DNA of 64,000 nt from Elusimicrobiota bacterium (GTDB taxonomy: Bacteria > Elusimicrobiota > Elusimicrobia > Elusimicrobiales > UBA9959). The notes under the pieces are model-generated. The model saw nothing but the letters and a program-made list of their open reading frames with translations. It was not told the origin of the DNA and made no database searches. This document shows, in pieces, positions 61,798 to 64,000 of the stretch; the first letter of the stretch is position 1, and each line of letters begins with the position of its first letter. A program made the translations under genes and the position numbers. The stretch covers positions 31,881 through 95,880 of the forward strand of contig JBAXKK010000002.1 of the NCBI GenBank assembly GCA_037137395.1. Reading direction: 5' to 3'.

Positions 61798-63336
61798 CTA
61801 CCAGGAACTTTTAAGTTCGCCGATTTCGTTCAGAACCGCGTCAAGGACCTCACACCGCGCAACTGCCTCGGTCATGGCGTTGTGATCCGTAAAAAGCGGG
61901 CGGTCCACTTCAAGATGCTCTACCACTTTGCGTATGGCGCCGTGCGCGGCGCGCGTGCCTTTACCTACGGCAAAGTCCCTGAAATCAACGGCCTGCGCGG
62001 CGGCTATCATTTCAATAGCCAGAACGCTTTGGGCGTTGTCCAGTATCTGCCTGGTTTTAAGCGCAGCGTTCATCCCCATGCTGACAAAATCCTCCTGGTC
62101 GGCGGCGGCGGGGATGGACTGTATGCAGGAAGGCGCGCTGAGTATGCGCTGCTCGACTATCAGCATGTCCGCGGTATACTGGCTGAGCATTAATCCTGAA
62201 AACATCCCGGCGCCTTTGGTTAAAAATGCCGGCAGCCCCACGCTTAAGGCCGGATTCAACAGACGGTTCAGCCGTCTTTCGGACAGCACGCAGACCATGG
62301 TAACGCCAGCGCCCACCATGTCAAGCGGCATACTGACAGGCGTTCCCTGGAAATTGGCGCCGGTAAGCACCGTGTCGCTTTCCGCCAGAAAGATGGGATT
62401 GTCGGCCACGCCGTTAATTTCAATTTCAAACTGTTTGCGGGCGTAAGCGAGATGGTCCCTGAAAGCGCCTATGACCTGGGGCGTTGACCGCATGGAATAC
62501 GCGTCCTGCACTTTAACCCTCAGCTTCCCGGTTACAAGATCGGAACCGGCCACCACGGAACGGATGTTGGCCGCGGAGGTTACGGCGCCTTTAAACCCTC
62601 TAAGCTCGTGAAGACGGCTGTCATACGGCTTCATATTGGCCATAAGCGCTTCAAGCGTCATCGCCGCCGTTATTTCCGCCTGTTTAACCCAGCGCTCGGC
62701 GTCGTAAATCTCAAGACAGCCCATGCCCGTTAGCAGATTGGAGCCGTTTATGGCGGCAAGGCCGTCGCGCGCCTGTAAGCCCGGAACGGGGATGCCCGCT
62801 TTTTCCAGCGCCGCTTTGGTGGGCATGCGTTCACCTTTATAAAAGCTTTCACCTTCCCCCATAAGAGAAAGAGCTATTTGGCTCATGGGGGCCAGATCGC
62901 CGCAGGCGCCGACGCTGCCCTTTTCGCAAACCACCGGAGTAACTCCCTTATTAAGCATCTCGACATAGGTCAGCGTTATTTCCGGTCGGCAGCCCGAACA
63001 GCCCCTCGCATGAACATTTATACGGCCCAGCATCGCCGCGCGCACATGCTCTATAGGGCATGGCTTTCCTATCCCGGCAGCGTGGTTATATATCAGATAT
63101 CGCTGAAATTGCTTGACCTGTTCGTCATTAAGCACCATTTCCGAAAATTCGCCTATTCCCGTGTTGACGCCGTACATTATTTCATGAGCCGCGATCTTTT
63201 TCTCGATCATGCCGCGGCATTTCCTGATACGCTCAACAGCCGAAGAGCATAATTCAACTTTCTCTCCCAGCCGCGCCACTTTAACCACATCCTCAATTGT
63301 TAGGGAGCCCTCGCCCACTTTGATAGCCATAAACAC
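61798..63336 (-). CDS. hutH: histidine ammonia-lyase (MIO enzyme) with Ala-Cys-Gly in place of the Ala-Ser-Gly triad
   Basis: 512 aa. YGVNTGIG, GSVGACGDLAPMS and NQEDFVSMG-like (ADQEDFVSMG) motifs. Confidence 0.9.
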   Translation of the reverse strand: MFMAIKVGEGSLTIEDVVKVARLGEKVELCSSAVERIRKCRGMIEKKIAAHEIMYGVNTGIGEFSEMVLNDEQVKQFQRYLIYNHAAGIGKPCPIEHVRAAMLGRINVHARGCSGCRPEITLTYVEMLNKGVTPVVCEKGSVGACGDLAPMSQIALSLMGEGESFYKGERMPTKAALEKAGIPVPGLQARDGLAAINGSNLLTGMGCLEIYDAERWVKQAEITAAMTLEALMANMKPYDSRLHELRGFKGAVTSAANIRSVVAGSDLVTGKLRVKVQDAYSMRSTPQVIGAFRDHLAYARKQFEIEINGVADNPIFLAESDTVLTGANFQGTPVSMPLDMVGAGVTMVCVLSERRLNRLLNPALSVGLPAFLTKGAGMFSGLMLSQYTADMLIVEQRILSAPSCIQSIPAAADQEDFVSMGMNAALKTRQILDNAQSVLAIEMIAAAQAVDFRDFAVGKGTRAAHGAIRKVVEHLEVDRPLFTDHNAMTEAVARCEVLDAVLNEIGELKSSW

Positions 63337-63406
63337 CTCCTCCTTGAATCCCGTAGTTCTCTTTTTTCACACTGCTTTGCTGTAACACTTATCTGATCTC
63401 ACACTA

Positions 63407-63985
63407 TCACGCTCTTTTAAGCAGGTCCGCCACCGTGACCGCGCCTTCTTTTCTGAACACCAGCATGAAATGCTCAAATATCTTGCGCGTCATCTCCACA
63501 TCGCTGAGCGCGCGGTGCCAATTCTCGGCCGAGATATCCAGCTCTTTTGCTATGGTGCCCAGGCGGTTGTTTGTAAATATGCCAAGACTCCGGGCGATGC
63601 GCAGCGTGTCTATGACCGGCAGTTCCGGCAGCTTAAGGCCGGCGCGGACAAACTCCATTTCAATAAAAGACAGGTCGAATTCCGCGTTATGCGCCACTAT
63701 GACCGAACCCTCCAACAGCGTGATCAGCCTGGGGATAAGCGCCGAAAAAGCGGGGCTGCTGCGGACCATATCGTCGGTTATACCGTGGATCTTGGAGCTT
63801 TCCGGCGGTATCGGCAGCCCCGGATTCACCAGGGAGCTGAAATGACTGACCCTGCAGTTGCCCTGAAAAGCTACCAGCGCCACTTCGCATACCCGCGAAG
63901 TCCGCGGCGAAAGCCCCGTGGTCTCCACATCAATAAAAGTGAACACGGCGTCGTCAATGGAGCGGTGCAACACGCGCGGATTCAT
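63407..63985 (-). CDS. DEDDh 3'-5' exonuclease (DnaQ/epsilon-like)
   Basis: 192 aa. ExoI FIDVETTGL, ExoII VAHNAEFDLSF and ExoIII HRALSDVEMT motifs. Confidence 0.82.
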   Translation of the reverse strand: MNPRVLHRSIDDAVFTFIDVETTGLSPRTSRVCEVALVAFQGNCRVSHFSSLVNPGLPIPPESSKIHGITDDMVRSSPAFSALIPRLITLLEGSVIVAHNAEFDLSFIEMEFVRAGLKLPELPVIDTLRIARSLGIFTNNRLGTIAKELDISAENWHRALSDVEMTRKIFEHFMLVFRKEGAVTVADLLKRA

Positions 63986-64000
63986 AACATTAGATCCTTA

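Noticed and set aside
1-64000. Prophage, integrative element or defence island.
   Set aside because: I saw no integrase, transposase, recombinase, restriction-modification, toxin-antitoxin, Cas, or STAND/ATPase-nuclease type genes. The tRNA-Phe has no adjacent integrase or direct repeat.

Overview
Chromosomal, mostly housekeeping and catabolic window from a diderm, anaerobe-type bacterium. It is moderately GC-rich by eye (not computed), and I cannot assign a taxon from sequence alone. I support about 62 protein genes, one tRNA-Phe, two homopolymer-frameshifted genes, several rho-independent terminators and many intergenic repeats.

Gene content, left to right:
- DNA repair and envelope: nth, a GAF/PAS protein, an amidase, an MFS transporter and an AsmA-like protein, followed by lpd and xth.
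- An uncharacterised four-gene operon: Big_2 lipoprotein, a 427-aa duplicated-domain protein and two multi-zinc-ribbon proteins.
- mtgA.
- A carbamoyltransferase / SxtJ-like / DUF5989-like / PP-loop cluster.
- A complete glycine-cleavage operon (gcvT, gcvH, gcvPA, gcvPB) plus a lipoate ligase-like gene.
- An oxidative-stress cluster: rubrerythrin, tpx, desulfoferrodoxin, rubredoxin.
- glnA.
- A roughly 19-kb molybdenum-hydroxylase (xanthine dehydrogenase family) island resembling the E. coli ygf/yqe locus. It has two Mo/FeS/FAD enzyme sets, XdhC, MocA, a permease, two amidohydrolases and a YgfK/DPD-like Fe-S flavoprotein.
- A hut operon (hutH, hutU, hutI) interrupted by unrelated genes.

I found no CRISPR array, transposase, integrase, toxin-antitoxin pair or recognisable defence system.

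The most unusual signal is non-coding. Nearly every longer intergenic gap carries short tandem word arrays with a strict period of 7 nt (families GCCNTAN, NNNTAGT, CAGGNNN, ATTCAAG, CTTTNCG/GTAAAGA) or 8/16 nt (GCTTTGCCTCTAAnTT family). These are usually arranged as two inverted arms that could fold as long hairpins pairing in more than one register. They resemble the heptameric STRR repeats of cyanobacteria but sit in a non-cyanobacterial gene context. The arrays run into annotated ORF ends, and one 16-nt family is inserted in frame inside the mocA-like gene. A separate roughly 190-230 bp MITE-like element with 10-bp TTAACCTGAA terminal inverted repeats occurs twice.
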